Source: Pyrobaculum sp. (GTDB taxonomy: Archaea; Thermoproteota; Thermoprotei; Thermoproteales; Thermoproteaceae). Taken from it: a stretch of 29,596 nt of DNA. Below the pieces are notes generated by a model. The model ran no database searches. It was given only the letters and a program-made list of their open reading frames with translations, and had not been told where the DNA came from. The stretch spans positions 13,134-42,729 of the forward strand of contig JBKBOT010000013.1 of NCBI GenBank assembly GCA_046293555.1, written 5' to 3'. Each line of letters starts with the position of its first letter. Position 1 is the first letter of the stretch. The position numbers were made by a program, and so were the translations under genes. Shown here one piece after another: positions 8,201 through 17,885 of the stretch.

Positions 8201-8609
8201 TTGCCGCGCCTGCCGCCACGGCGGCTAGCCCAACGGCGGCTATTATCGCCAGGTAGGTGGGTGTGGACTCTATTGTCTCTAGGGCGGCGTGGGCCGCGTC
8301 GCCTATTTCTCTTAGTTGTCTCATGAAGGTGGCGGCTTGTGGTATGTAGTTTATATATGTGGCTAGGTCTTGAAGTCCCAGGGCTGCCTGGAGTAGGTCT
8401 GCCAGCCTCGTTATGTATGGCGCCGCGGCTTCTATCGTCTTTATTGCCTCTGTGTATTGGGGGGAGTGGGTGACCTCTCTTAGGGCTTCTACCTTCGCCT
8501 TGTAGCTCGCAATGGTGGGTTGGTACTGTAGATATAGCACATATCCGAGGAGCGCCAGCAGGAGAAACGCCGTGCCGAACCCCATCAGGAAGCCACCTAG
8601 GGCCTTCAT
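8127..8609 (-). CDS. Hypothetical membrane protein (N- and C-terminal TM helices around a helical region)
   Basis: Two hydrophobic segments; TATATATA at 8621-8628 upstream; 3' tail overlaps cas6 convergently by 74 bp. Confidence 0.7.
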   Translation of the reverse strand: MKALGGFLMGFGTAFLLLALLGYVLYLQYQPTIASYKAKVEALREVTHSPQYTEAIKTIEAAAPYITRLADLLQAALGLQDLATYINYIPQAATFMRQLREIGDAAHAALETIESTPTYLAIIAAVGLAAVAAGAAITRRHNQAELPSRRRGPSPGQSPR

Positions 8610-8858
8610 GGAGGTGTATACTCCGCAGTATATATACCTGTGGGGATGCCCACGTGGCCTGTGGAGTGGCCGGGGTTGGACACGGCGCCTCCTGGCTGCC
8701 GTCGTGGGCGTCGTGGGGGTCGCCGGCTGTTATTATTTCTGTAATATGGGGCCGGTGTTTTATCTACATGTGTTGAGAGCCACATGGCTAGGGGTAGCTG
8801 CAAGAAGGGGGGGAAGCGGGAGAAGTCTGGCTAGGTTTGTGGTGAGTTGGGTAAGAGG

Positions 8859-8902
8859 GAGTGGGTGTGGCTACAAGCCGCCTCCCGAGTGGGTGTGGCT
8901 AC
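8859..8902. repeat. 16-bp perfect direct repeat, period 28
   Basis: GAGTGGGTGTGGCTAC at 8859-8874 and 8887-8902. Confidence 0.85.
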
Positions 8903-9012
8903 TTGGACGTCGGTGGCTTGGGTGGCTGTGTGGTGGGCGCCGTGGTGTAACGCGGGGGCGGTGGTGGGGGCTGGCTTGGGGGTGGACTTGTTGTAGGTCT
9001 TGTGCCGGCGGG

Positions 9013-10827
9013 CTAGGGGAGTTCGAGGGTGGCGACCTCCTGGAGGGTGTCGGTGTACATCTTTATGGAGTTGGGGGAGATGGTGTATATCCTCTCTCCT
9101 ATGTATATAGCCCGCGTGGCGTGGGGGTGGTTTAGCACCGTCTTTAGGGCTATCTTGCCTCCTGTGAGGTCTATTGCGGCGATGCCGTCTGTATGTGGCG
9201 TGTGTATTGGGATTAGCAGCATGCCGGCGGGGTGTAGCGTCACTGCGTGGTGGTCGTAGAGGGCGGGGCTGTGGGCTTGGCTTAGCTTTAGGGAGGCTTT
9301 TTCCGACATGTCTGTGGGGTTTTTGACGTCAAAGAGGGATATCTTCAGCCCGCCGTCTTCCACGCCGATGGCCAGGAGGGTGTCTTCTGTAAGTGGGTGT
9401 AGGTACTCGCCGTAGCCGGGGGTTTTGACGTAGCCGAGGACTTTTGGCTGTCTTACGTCGGAGATATCTATGGCGTAGAGGGGGTCCACCTGCCTGTAGG
9501 TCACCAGGTAGAGGATGTGGTCTACAAGCCGCGCGGCGTAGATCCTCTCCCCCCTCGCCAGCCCCGTGAGGGAGCTCGCTATCTTTAGCTCTGGAGATAT
9601 GACGTAGACGTTGTTGGAGGTCTCCCCCACGGCCTGCAGCTCTAGGGAGAGGTGGGGTATGGACGCCGTGGTGCAGTTGTTAGGGCTGGTGCACGTCACT
9701 ACCTCTATCTGCCGTGTTGTCAACCTCGCCGTGTGGTTCACCGCGGTGGTGGCCACCACGAGGTGCCGCCGGTGTTCCTCTATTGAGAACTGGTCGAGGA
9801 TCTGTCCGGGCACCTTGACGCCTCCCGCGTACCGCAGCTGGGGTATGTCGAAGGCGTGTATGTTTGAGTGGTCTAGAAAGCTGGCCGTGGAGATATTTAC
9901 CGCCGTCAGGCTGTCGGGAGAGGCGGCGAGTAGGCGCTCTACTAGCGACAGCGCCGTGTGGTACCTCCCCTCTTCTACCAGCTGGAGGACCTCCGCGTGG
10001 CTGGCGAAGGCCTGGAGGGTTTTGGCTAGGGCGCTCTCGTAGGCCGTCTCTGTGGACACCACGTAGAGCCGCCTGTGGCTCATGTAGATCCAGCTGCTAG
10101 AAGACATGAGGAGGGAGAGCTCCCTATGTGCCCCCGTGGCGAGATCTATGGCGGCCACCGTGGCGAAGACGTGGGGGATCTTGTCGACTAGGTAGACCCT
10201 CCCGGGGTCTATGGGAACCCCGTCGACTTTAGGCGCCGTGTGGGGCGCTGCGGGCATGGTGGCGACGAGGTAGACAACGCCGTCTGCCAGCCTGGCGCCG
10301 GCGAGAAGGCCCGTGTAGTTAACCACCGCCACGAGCCGGGCGGAGGCGTCGTAAATATAGACGGTGGTGTTGCCAGAGGTGGGTAGGAGGGCGCGGGGAC
10401 GCCCGGCGGCGGGGAGGACGGGCCAGAATTGGGTGGTTATTACCACAAGTCTGTCTTTCCACAGGAAGACCCCGGCGGCGCCTCTGGCTGGAATTGAGGC
10501 GAGGATCGTGAAGTTCGCCGCGTCGACTATGTACACCCCGCCGCCGGCAGCCGCCGCGATTATTCTGCCGTCTGTCTTCACGACGTCGAGCTCGTCGACT
10601 CCCGCCACCTGGATGTTCGTGGTGGAGAAGCCCACCTGCGTGGGCACCTCCCTGGCCAGCGGCACCACGCCGGAGAGACGCCGGGACTCTTCTAGAAGTC
10701 TCCAGATCTCCTCATAGCTGGAGAAATTTCTGGGGGGCGCCGGAGCCGCAGCGGCGTCTGGCGCCGTCTTTAGGCACAGTAGGGCTAGGGCGAGTAGGGC
10801 CAGGGCGGCCAGGTGGAGGGGCCTCAT
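9013..10827 (-). CDS. Secreted beta-propeller domain protein (Beta_propel / COG4880-like)
   Basis: Signal peptide; FSTTNIQVAGVDELDVVKTDG, GQILDQFSIEEH, GERIYAAR, YLVTYRQVDPLYAID and KTPGYGEYLHP. Start MRPLH at 10827 (track: 10839). Confidence 0.88.
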   Translation of the reverse strand: MRPLHLAALALLALALLCLKTAPDAAAAPAPPRNFSSYEEIWRLLEESRRLSGVVPLAREVPTQVGFSTTNIQVAGVDELDVVKTDGRIIAAAAGGGVYIVDAANFTILASIPARGAAGVFLWKDRLVVITTQFWPVLPAAGRPRALLPTSGNTTVYIYDASARLVAVVNYTGLLAGARLADGVVYLVATMPAAPHTAPKVDGVPIDPGRVYLVDKIPHVFATVAAIDLATGAHRELSLLMSSSSWIYMSHRRLYVVSTETAYESALAKTLQAFASHAEVLQLVEEGRYHTALSLVERLLAASPDSLTAVNISTASFLDHSNIHAFDIPQLRYAGGVKVPGQILDQFSIEEHRRHLVVATTAVNHTARLTTRQIEVVTCTSPNNCTTASIPHLSLELQAVGETSNNVYVISPELKIASSLTGLARGERIYAARLVDHILYLVTYRQVDPLYAIDISDVRQPKVLGYVKTPGYGEYLHPLTEDTLLAIGVEDGGLKISLFDVKNPTDMSEKASLKLSQAHSPALYDHHAVTLHPAGMLLIPIHTPHTDGIAAIDLTGGKIALKTVLNHPHATRAIYIGERIYTISPNSIKMYTDTLQEVATLELP

Positions 10828-10893
10828 GGCTGTACCCACGTCTCTATTTATATGTTATGGAGAAAGTTTTTATCTCTGTGAGGTCTGCCCCCC

Positions 10894-11325
10894 ATGGACG
10901 TAAGGCACTACGCGGTGCTTGAAGCTCTCTCCACTGGGGTGAAGACGGCAGAGGAGCTGGCGGGGGAGGTGGACATGGAGCCACATGAGGTGGAGATTAT
11001 TCTCAACGCCCTTTTGGCACAAGGGCTTGTGGAGAGGCGGGAGAGGGGGCTTTTGTTCAAAAGGGAGGCTTACGGCATTTCTGAAAAAGGCTGGCATGCT
11101 TTAACCCAGTGGCGGGAGGAGGTGAAGAAAGCTGTGGAGAAAGCCGCCGAGCTTAGGCGGGAGGGGAGAGACGAGGAGGCAGACCGGCTTCTCGCCCCCC
11201 TACAGCCCGTCATCCCCTTCCTTCTCGCCAGTGGGGTAATTGAGATGGCCCTCTGGAGTGCCGCCCTTGGGCAGCTCCTCGGCGGGTTGGAAGAAGGGGA
11301 AGGGGGGGATTCGTTAGAGCTCTAG
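10894..11325 (+). CDS. Winged helix-turn-helix domain protein of unknown function
   Basis: TAEELAGEVDM..EVEIILNALLAQGLVER..YGISEKG wHTH pattern; abuts an EamA gene. Confidence 0.7.
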   Translation: MDVRHYAVLEALSTGVKTAEELAGEVDMEPHEVEIILNALLAQGLVERRERGLLFKREAYGISEKGWHALTQWREEVKKAVEKAAELRREGRDEEADRLLAPLQPVIPFLLASGVIEMALWSAALGQLLGGLEEGEGGDSLEL

Positions 11326-12120
11326 ATGTGGCCATATCTCAAGATTTTTTCTGCGGCTTTTCTCTGGTCTACCATTGGCCTCGCCGCCCATTTCGGCCGG
11401 GATTACGTCTGGATGTCTCTAGTGAGGATGTTTGCCGCCGCCTTTTTCGCCCTGGCGGCCAGAGCCCCTCTGACTAGACGGGGCCTTGTGCCAGGCCTCC
11501 TGTTGGGCGGCCTCAGCCTTTCTTATCTCGCCGCAGCGGTTTATGCGGGAGTGGGGCCTGCGGCTTATCTTCTCTACACCGCCCCCCTTTGGACTTTCCT
11601 CCTGTCTTACATATGGGGCGAGAGGGCGACGTTAACAGATGTGGCTGGCGGGGGGCTTATAGTGGCGGCGGTATTCGTAATGTACTTAGCGTCTACAGCA
11701 GGCGAGATAAAACTGATAGGCCTTTTGGCCGGCCTCGCCGCCGGTATTTTTTACGGCGGGTATATAGCTGTGGCTAGACGGTATGCAAAAGAGGGGAGAG
11801 AGATAGAGGCGTCGCTAGGCGCCATGCCGTATACGCCCCTCCCCCTCCTCCCGCTGATGGCTTTAAGCCAACTGCCCAGCCTGGAGGCCGTGTTGGCAGG
11901 TATATACCTCGCCGTTTTTGCCACCATTATTCCATACCTCCTTTTCACCTCCGCCGTGACTAAAGTAAGCGGCCCTAAGGCCTCTGTGTTGGCCTCTATA
12001 GAGGCCGTGTTGGCCGCCATATGGGGCCTCTTGTTGTTAGGCCAAACTCCCGGCGTCTATACAATAACTGCGTATGTTTTAATCACAATTGCAGTGACCA
12101 TCTCTATATTTAAACGGTGA
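11326..12120 (+). CDS. EamA/DMT-family transporter (paralog 1)
   Basis: About 10 TM helices; LLYTAPLW..GER and KASVLASIEAVLAAIWG. Confidence 0.88.
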   Translation: MWPYLKIFSAAFLWSTIGLAAHFGRDYVWMSLVRMFAAAFFALAARAPLTRRGLVPGLLLGGLSLSYLAAAVYAGVGPAAYLLYTAPLWTFLLSYIWGERATLTDVAGGGLIVAAVFVMYLASTAGEIKLIGLLAGLAAGIFYGGYIAVARRYAKEGREIEASLGAMPYTPLPLLPLMALSQLPSLEAVLAGIYLAVFATIIPYLLFTSAVTKVSGPKASVLASIEAVLAAIWGLLLLGQTPGVYTITAYVLITIAVTISIFKR

Positions 12121-12132
12121 GTATTTTTTTTC

Positions 12133-12930
12133 ATGCTTAAAGTGGCACACTCTCCAGACGCCGACGACGCCTATATGTTTTACGGCATAGCCGCCGGGGC
12201 GGTCAAAATGCCGGGGCCTCACGTGGAGTTTCTAGCAGACATAGAGACGTTAAACAGACTGGCGTTAGAGGAGCTGTTAGATGCCTCTGCCGTTAGCGTA
12301 CACGCCTATGCTCATCTCTGCGGGAAGTATTATGTACTAAAAGTGGGGGCCTCTATGGGGGATGGCTACGGCCCTGTGGTAGTGACGCGGGGGGAGACGC
12401 CGAGAGTGGTGGCAGTGCCCGGCCGCCTCACTACGGCGGCTCTCCTCCTCCGTCTAGCCATGCCGCAAGTTAGGACTGTGGAAATGCCTTTCGACAAAAT
12501 ACTCGAGGCGGTGGCCGTCGGCGTGGTGGATGGCGGCGTTTTAATACACGAGGGGCAGATCACGTTCCACAAGATGGGGTTGAGGAAGGTAATTGACTTG
12601 GGGGAGTGGTGGAGAGATGAGACAAGCCTCCCCACGCCTCTTGGCGTAAACGTAGTGCGGACGGCGCTTGGCCGTGAGGCGGCTGTGGCTATAGAGAGGG
12701 CGCTAGAGGCTTCTATCAGATATGCCGATCAACATAGAGAAGAGGCGTTAAGATACGCCCAGAGGTTCGCCAGGGGGCTTTCCCTAGAGGAAACAGCCAG
12801 GTTTGTAGACATGTACGTAAATCAATACACTAGAGACATGGGGGCCAGGGGGCGGAGGGCAATAGACGAGCTCCTCCAAAGGGCGTTTGAAGCCGGCTTG
12901 ACGCCGCCTTGTACGCCACAATTTGTTTAA
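12133..12930 (+). CDS. mqnD: 1,4-dihydroxy-6-naphthoate synthase (futalosine menaquinone pathway)
   Basis: AHSPDADDAYMFY, DIETLN, GASMGDGYGP, IHEGQ, DLGEWW..LPTPLG and MYVN motifs. Confidence 0.88.
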   Translation: MLKVAHSPDADDAYMFYGIAAGAVKMPGPHVEFLADIETLNRLALEELLDASAVSVHAYAHLCGKYYVLKVGASMGDGYGPVVVTRGETPRVVAVPGRLTTAALLLRLAMPQVRTVEMPFDKILEAVAVGVVDGGVLIHEGQITFHKMGLRKVIDLGEWWRDETSLPTPLGVNVVRTALGREAAVAIERALEASIRYADQHREEALRYAQRFARGLSLEETARFVDMYVNQYTRDMGARGRRAIDELLQRAFEAGLTPPCTPQFV

Positions 12931-12949
12931 TATACACCCTCTATAACAC

Positions 12950-15301
12950 GTGGATTTCATCCGGGAGGAGGTCAGAAGGGCTAAATCGGCTAATCACAGA
13001 CGGCTTGTAGCACTAGTGGGACTAGACGAGAGGAAACTAGCAGAGACGGCAGCAGTTGTGCTTAAAGAATTCGAGGCGGCAGGAGGCAACGGGACTGGGC
13101 TCTACATGTTTCAGCCGGAGTTTGCAGACGCCAACAGGAGGATGAACTACTTCCGTGACGCCATGGAGGGATCGACGTTAGAGGTAGAGTTTAGGCCCTA
13201 TAAGGACACGCCGAAAATTCTCGGCACTACTTATAATTTCGCAGTGCTTGACCTCATAAACGACCTTAAGCCTAACGACGTGGGGAGATTAGGCGGAGTG
13301 GTGAGAGGCGGCGGGCTGTACGTCCTTCTGGTGCCGCCGCTGGATTGGTGGAAACAATACGTCACCAAGTTTCAATCCACACTACTGGTGCCGCAATTTG
13401 GCCCCCAGCATTTAAGACATAAACTTAAGGAGAGGTTTTGGCGTAGTCTATACAGCCACAGGGGGGTGATAATATACGACGTGGAGAGAGGCCTCTTGTT
13501 GAAATCTTCCGGCGTGGAGGAGGTGGAGCCCCACCAGCCCAGAAAGCCCGAGCCGCCGGAGAAAGCGGTGTTGCCGCTAAAGGTGTACCGCCTCGCCGCG
13601 ACGCAAGACCAGGTGGAGGTTTTGAGGCGGTTTGAGGCTTTTTACCAGAGGCCCAGGGGGAAGGTGGCTCTTGTGGTTATTGCAGATAGGGGCAGGGGGA
13701 AGAGCGCGGCGCTGGGGCTGGGGCTCGCCGGCATGGGCCACAGGCTTAGGAAGGCCAAGTCTAGAGTGCAGATTGTTGTAAGCGCCATGGAGTACTCCAA
13801 CTTGGAGACACTTGTGGAGTTTGCCATCAGGGGGCTAGAGGCCTTGGGCTACAAGCCTGGGGTGGAGAGGGAGGGGGGCGAGGTGAGGGCGATAAAAGCC
13901 AAGGGCATCTTTATCGACGTGGTTACGCCCTACATGCTTCTAAAGAGGGAGAATGCAGACATCGTGGCTATAGACGAGGCAGCCGCCGTGCCGCTTCCCG
14001 TGTTATATGGAGTCCACAAGAAGTTCGACAGGCTGGTTTTCGCCACCACGATACATGGCTACGAGGGGGCGGGGAGGGGGTTCTCCATAAGGTTTCTAAA
14101 ATATCTGAGGGAGTCTAGAGACACCGAGGTGCTTCTCTACGAGATGGGGGAGCCCATCCGCTACGGCCGGGGGGACCCAGTGGAGGGGTGGCTGTTTGAC
14201 GTCTTTCTCCTCAACGCGGAGCCCGCCAGGGTGGAGGGGGGAGATCTGGAGTACGTCGAGAGGGGGGAGGTGGCGTATCTAGGAGATGTGGAGGGCGAGG
14301 AGGCGTTGAGGCAGTTTTTCGGCATATATGTGCAGGCTCACTACCGGAACGAGCCTGACGACCTCGGCATGTTGTTAGAGGCGCCTCACCACTTCGCCAG
14401 GGCTTTGGCGCTGCCTAGCGGCAAGGTGGTGGTATCGGTAGAGCTGGCCTTCGAGGGGGCTCTAGACGACCTCTCCATAGACCAGGCCTTGAGGGGGCTT
14501 AAGCTCCCTGGCAACATAATTCCAGACCGTTTCCTCAAGTACTGGAGGGCGCCCGAGTTCGCAAAGCTGAGGGGGTGGCGTATTGTCCGTATTGCCACAC
14601 ACCCCGAGCTTCAAGGCAGGGGGCTGGGCAGCGCCATGCTTAGAAAAATCGAGGAGGAGGCCGCCGGGGCGGGGGTGGACTGGGTGGGGGTGGGGTTTGG
14701 CCTATACGGCCGGCTGTTGAGATTCTGGATTAAAAACGGCTATGTGCCTATCCACCTATCGCCAGAGAGAAACCCCACGTCGGGGGAGTACAGCGTCTTG
14801 TTGGTAAAACCTCTAAGCAAGAAGGCGGAGGAGTTTGTGAGGTATGCCAACGTGGAGTTTAGGAGGAGGCTGGTTCACTCCCTCATGGGGCCCTACGGCG
14901 ACATCACGCCGGAGGAGGCGGAGCTGTTGTTGACAGACTGGGGGTGGGATGTAGACAGCCCGCCGGCCCTCTCTAGGAACCAGATAGAGAGGCTGGTGGC
15001 CTACGCCTACGGCCCCATGACTTATGAAAACGTCACAGACGCCATATATATGTTGGCAGTTCGGTATTTCTACAGCTCCAAGAGGCCCAGGCTGCCCGAC
15101 GTAGCCATCAGGGCGTTGATAGGCAAGGTCCTCGAGGCCAAGCCCTGGAGGGATGCGGCGGAGGCTGCCGGCATCCGGCGGGGCGACCTCATGTTGATAC
15201 TTAGAGAGGTGGCGAAGGTACTCCTCTTCTACTTCTACGGCGGCCAGTTCCAAGTGCCGATATTTGTGGTGGGGACAGTCAGGGGGAGAAGTTATATATA
15301 A
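12950..15301 (+). CDS. tmcA: RNA cytidine acetyltransferase TmcA/Nat10 (helicase + GNAT)
   Basis: [36 protein letters not shown] and [18 protein letters not shown]; GTG start after a TTTAATAT box. Confidence 0.93.
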   Translation: MDFIREEVRRAKSANHRRLVALVGLDERKLAETAAVVLKEFEAAGGNGTGLYMFQPEFADANRRMNYFRDAMEGSTLEVEFRPYKDTPKILGTTYNFAVLDLINDLKPNDVGRLGGVVRGGGLYVLLVPPLDWWKQYVTKFQSTLLVPQFGPQHLRHKLKERFWRSLYSHRGVIIYDVERGLLLKSSGVEEVEPHQPRKPEPPEKAVLPLKVYRLAATQDQVEVLRRFEAFYQRPRGKVALVVIADRGRGKSAALGLGLAGMGHRLRKAKSRVQIVVSAMEYSNLETLVEFAIRGLEALGYKPGVEREGGEVRAIKAKGIFIDVVTPYMLLKRENADIVAIDEAAAVPLPVLYGVHKKFDRLVFATTIHGYEGAGRGFSIRFLKYLRESRDTEVLLYEMGEPIRYGRGDPVEGWLFDVFLLNAEPARVEGGDLEYVERGEVAYLGDVEGEEALRQFFGIYVQAHYRNEPDDLGMLLEAPHHFARALALPSGKVVVSVELAFEGALDDLSIDQALRGLKLPGNIIPDRFLKYWRAPEFAKLRGWRIVRIATHPELQGRGLGSAMLRKIEEEAAGAGVDWVGVGFGLYGRLLRFWIKNGYVPIHLSPERNPTSGEYSVLLVKPLSKKAEEFVRYANVEFRRRLVHSLMGPYGDITPEEAELLLTDWGWDVDSPPALSRNQIERLVAYAYGPMTYENVTDAIYMLAVRYFYSSKRPRLPDVAIRALIGKVLEAKPWRDAAEAAGIRRGDLMLILREVAKVLLFYFYGGQFQVPIFVVGTVRGRSYI

Positions 15302-15317
15302 CGGCCCCCTCACCGCC

Positions 15318-15722
15318 ATGGATGAGGAATATCTCTCACTACTGGAGAGAGCCTATAGGGTGATCACCCCAAAGGCCCAGAGGAGGGCGGAGATACCAAA
15401 GATAGAGGTAGAGAGCCAGCCCAGAAAGACTATTGTGAAAAACCTCGGCCCAATCGCCAGGAGGCTAAACCGCGATGTCTACCTAGTGGCCAAGTTTTTC
15501 CAAAAGGAGCTGGCGGTCCCCGGCACGATAGATGGCGACATCTTTATCCTCCACGGCGAGAAGTCATCCAAGGTGGTGGAGGCAGTCTACGAGAGGTTTA
15601 TTAAATACTATGTGGTATGTCCAGTATGTAACTCTATAGATACAGAACTTAGGCGTGAGGGGCGCATATTTACAATAAGATGTCTAGCCTGCGGCGCCTC
15701 TACGCCAGTCAGGCCGCTTTGA
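15318..15722 (+). CDS. eif2b: Translation initiation factor 2 beta subunit (aIF-2beta)
   Basis: [22 protein letters not shown] and zinc ribbon [23 protein letters not shown] 15318 lies about 20-25 nt after TTATATATA inside the tmcA 3' end. Confidence 0.95.
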   Translation: MDEEYLSLLERAYRVITPKAQRRAEIPKIEVESQPRKTIVKNLGPIARRLNRDVYLVAKFFQKELAVPGTIDGDIFILHGEKSSKVVEAVYERFIKYYVVCPVCNSIDTELRREGRIFTIRCLACGASTPVRPL

Positions 15723-15772
15723 TGAAACTCCAACCTATCCTCACGGCGATGTGACAAAACTTCCGTAATAAC

Positions 15773-16603
15773 ATGCAGCTCTTTAGCCTCTTGGGTATAG
15801 CTGCGGCGTTTACTGCGGCGGTCATATGGGCGCTGGTTATATTTCTTTATAAGAAACACATGGCTGCGGCAAGCCCTCTTTCTGTCAACTTCTCCCGCGT
15901 GGTCTACGTCTCTCTCATCATGTGGCCTGTCTTAACCACCACAGAGCTCACGCCAGCTCTCTTGGCCGCGGTGTTAAGCGGCGTCGTTACTCTGGTGGTG
16001 GGAGACAGCATGTATCTCTACGCCATATCTAAAGTCGGCGGCTCTGTAGCCGCTCCCGTGGCCTATACATACATCGTGGCGACACAATACTTTGCCCTTG
16101 CCCTAGGGGAGGGGGTAACCACAAGCCTCCTCGCCTCCGCCGTGTTGGTAGTATTAGGCGTCGCGCTACTTTCTCAAGGGGAAGAAAGACAGCTGAGCCC
16201 CCTAGGCCTTGCGGCGGCTGTGGGCGCTGCAGCTAGTTGGTCTTTGGGAGTTACTGCGATAAAAATAGCTACCTTGGGTGGGGTACCCCCGCTGGCGGTG
16301 GCATATGTGAGAGCCCTCTCGGCCGCCCTCACGCTGGGGATATATAGGATTTTTAAAAAAGTTGAGATTATAAAATCCCCCCTCCTTGCTGCGGCGTCTG
16401 TGGCAGACCTGGGGCTTGGCGCCGCTTTGTTTGTCTTTTCTATTGAAAAACTTGGGCTTTCTCTAGCTACAGTGTTGGTGGCCACCTCGCCGCTGGTGAC
16501 TCAGCTCTACGCAGCGGCGTCGGGGGCGGAGCGGGTTACTGCCATACGGGCGGCGGGCGGCGTGACTATCTTTGTGGCTGTGGTGCTGGCGTTAAGTCAC
16601 TAG
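15773..16603 (+). CDS. EamA/DMT-family transporter (divergent paralog)
   Basis: About 10 TM helices in two repeats; GDSMYLYAI..VAAP, LGE and ATSPLVT..GAER. Confidence 0.85.
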   Translation: MQLFSLLGIAAAFTAAVIWALVIFLYKKHMAAASPLSVNFSRVVYVSLIMWPVLTTTELTPALLAAVLSGVVTLVVGDSMYLYAISKVGGSVAAPVAYTYIVATQYFALALGEGVTTSLLASAVLVVLGVALLSQGEERQLSPLGLAAAVGAAASWSLGVTAIKIATLGGVPPLAVAYVRALSAALTLGIYRIFKKVEIIKSPLLAAASVADLGLGAALFVFSIEKLGLSLATVLVATSPLVTQLYAAASGAERVTAIRAAGGVTIFVAVVLALSH

Positions 16604-17824
16604 TTTTGCCACCTCGTCTGGTATCTGCCCCTTCTCCTTTAGTATCCTCACCAGCTGGCGGTAGGCAACCAGCTTCTGTATGTTGTTAGCGCCTTCATAT
16701 ATCTGGGTGATCTTCACGTCTCTGAGGAAACGCTCCACGCCGGTCTCCACGACTACCCCCACGCCGCCGTGGAGGTTTATGGCCTCCGAGATGACCTCCT
16801 CTGCGGCCTCCGTGGCGTAGAGCTTAGCTAGCGAGGCTACAAAGGTGTATTCCTTCCTCCCCTCGTCTGCCAGCCTGGCGGCTAGATATGTCAAAAGCCG
16901 GGCGGTGAGGATCTTTGCCAGCATCTCCACGAGGCTGAACTGGATGGCCTGGAAGTAGGCTATGGGGTAGCCGAAGGCCTGCCGCTGGTGGGCGTACTGG
17001 AAGGCCTTCTCGTAGGCGCCCTGGGCCATGCCCACCGCCTGTGCCGCCACGCCGATTCTAGTCCTGTCGAATGTCTCCATGGCGTAGAGGAAGCCCATCC
17101 CCTCGTCTCCCACCCTGTTTTCATCCGGCACCTCTACCCCCTCTAGCGACAGCTCGCAGGTGTGGCTGCCGTGTAGCCCCATCTTGTGGTAACACTGCTC
17201 CACCTTAAACCCCGGCGTCTCTCTCTCCACGACGAAAAAGGTGAGGCCTAGGTATCTCAGCCTCCTGTCTGGCGGGGGGTAGGACCTGGCCAGCACCATG
17301 AAGTAATCCGCCACGTCTGCAGTACTTATGAAGGCCTTCCTGCCGGTGATAACCCACCTGTCTCCCACCCTCTCCGCCCTGGTCTGTATCGCCGCCACGT
17401 CTGACCCACAGCAGGGCTCCGTTACGGCAAATGCGCCAAACTTCTCGCCCCGGGCGATGGGGGGTAGGTACCTCGCCCTCTGGCTCTCGTCTCCAAACAG
17501 GAGGAGGGGGGTGGAGAAAAGCTCGTTTGTGCCAAAGTAGACGCTTAGCCCCGGCAAGACGCGGCAAAGCTCTTCACTCAAGATGACGGCCATCCTGTGG
17601 TCGCCCCCCTGGCCGCCATATCTCTCGGGGATGCCGACCCCGAGGAGGCCCAGCTCGGCGGCTTTCTTCAGGAGGTCCCGGGGCACCTCATCTCTCTCCT
17701 CCACCTCAGCCACACGGGGCGCCACCTCCCTCTCTACAAACTCCCTCACGGCCTTTCTAAACATCTCGTGTTCTGGCGTCAACACGATAGAGAAGTCTTC
17801 TACCGAATCTAGTGGAAACACCAT
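16592..17824 (-). CDS. Acyl-CoA dehydrogenase
   Basis: AFAVTEPCCGSD, GRKAFIS, KMG, RQAFG..FQAIQF, HGGVG and IYEGANNIQ. Confidence 0.95.
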   Translation of the reverse strand: MVFPLDSVEDFSIVLTPEHEMFRKAVREFVEREVAPRVAEVEERDEVPRDLLKKAAELGLLGVGIPERYGGQGGDHRMAVILSEELCRVLPGLSVYFGTNELFSTPLLLFGDESQRARYLPPIARGEKFGAFAVTEPCCGSDVAAIQTRAERVGDRWVITGRKAFISTADVADYFMVLARSYPPPDRRLRYLGLTFFVVERETPGFKVEQCYHKMGLHGSHTCELSLEGVEVPDENRVGDEGMGFLYAMETFDRTRIGVAAQAVGMAQGAYEKAFQYAHQRQAFGYPIAYFQAIQFSLVEMLAKILTARLLTYLAARLADEGRKEYTFVASLAKLYATEAAEEVISEAINLHGGVGVVVETGVERFLRDVKITQIYEGANNIQKLVAYRQLVRILKEKGQIPDEVAKLVT

Positions 17825-17885
17825 GGCTAAACATCAGGCTATAAATAAATATTTAAGGTATATATGTTGGGTTGAGTTATCTCTC

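Noticed and set aside
8512-9135. 207-aa Gly/Trp/Arg-rich ORF on the + strand
   Set aside because: Overlaps two better genes on the opposite strand; its composition simply mirrors G-rich DNA.
15719-15775. C/D-box sRNA starting at TGATGA overlapping the aIF-2beta stop
   Set aside because: No CTGA D box at the expected distance and no convincing D'/C' boxes.
17583-17885. N-terminal extension of the acyl-CoA ligase in the ORF track
   Set aside because: Antisense to the acyl-CoA dehydrogenase gene; recognisable ligase sequence and the AT-rich promoter point to ATG 17886.
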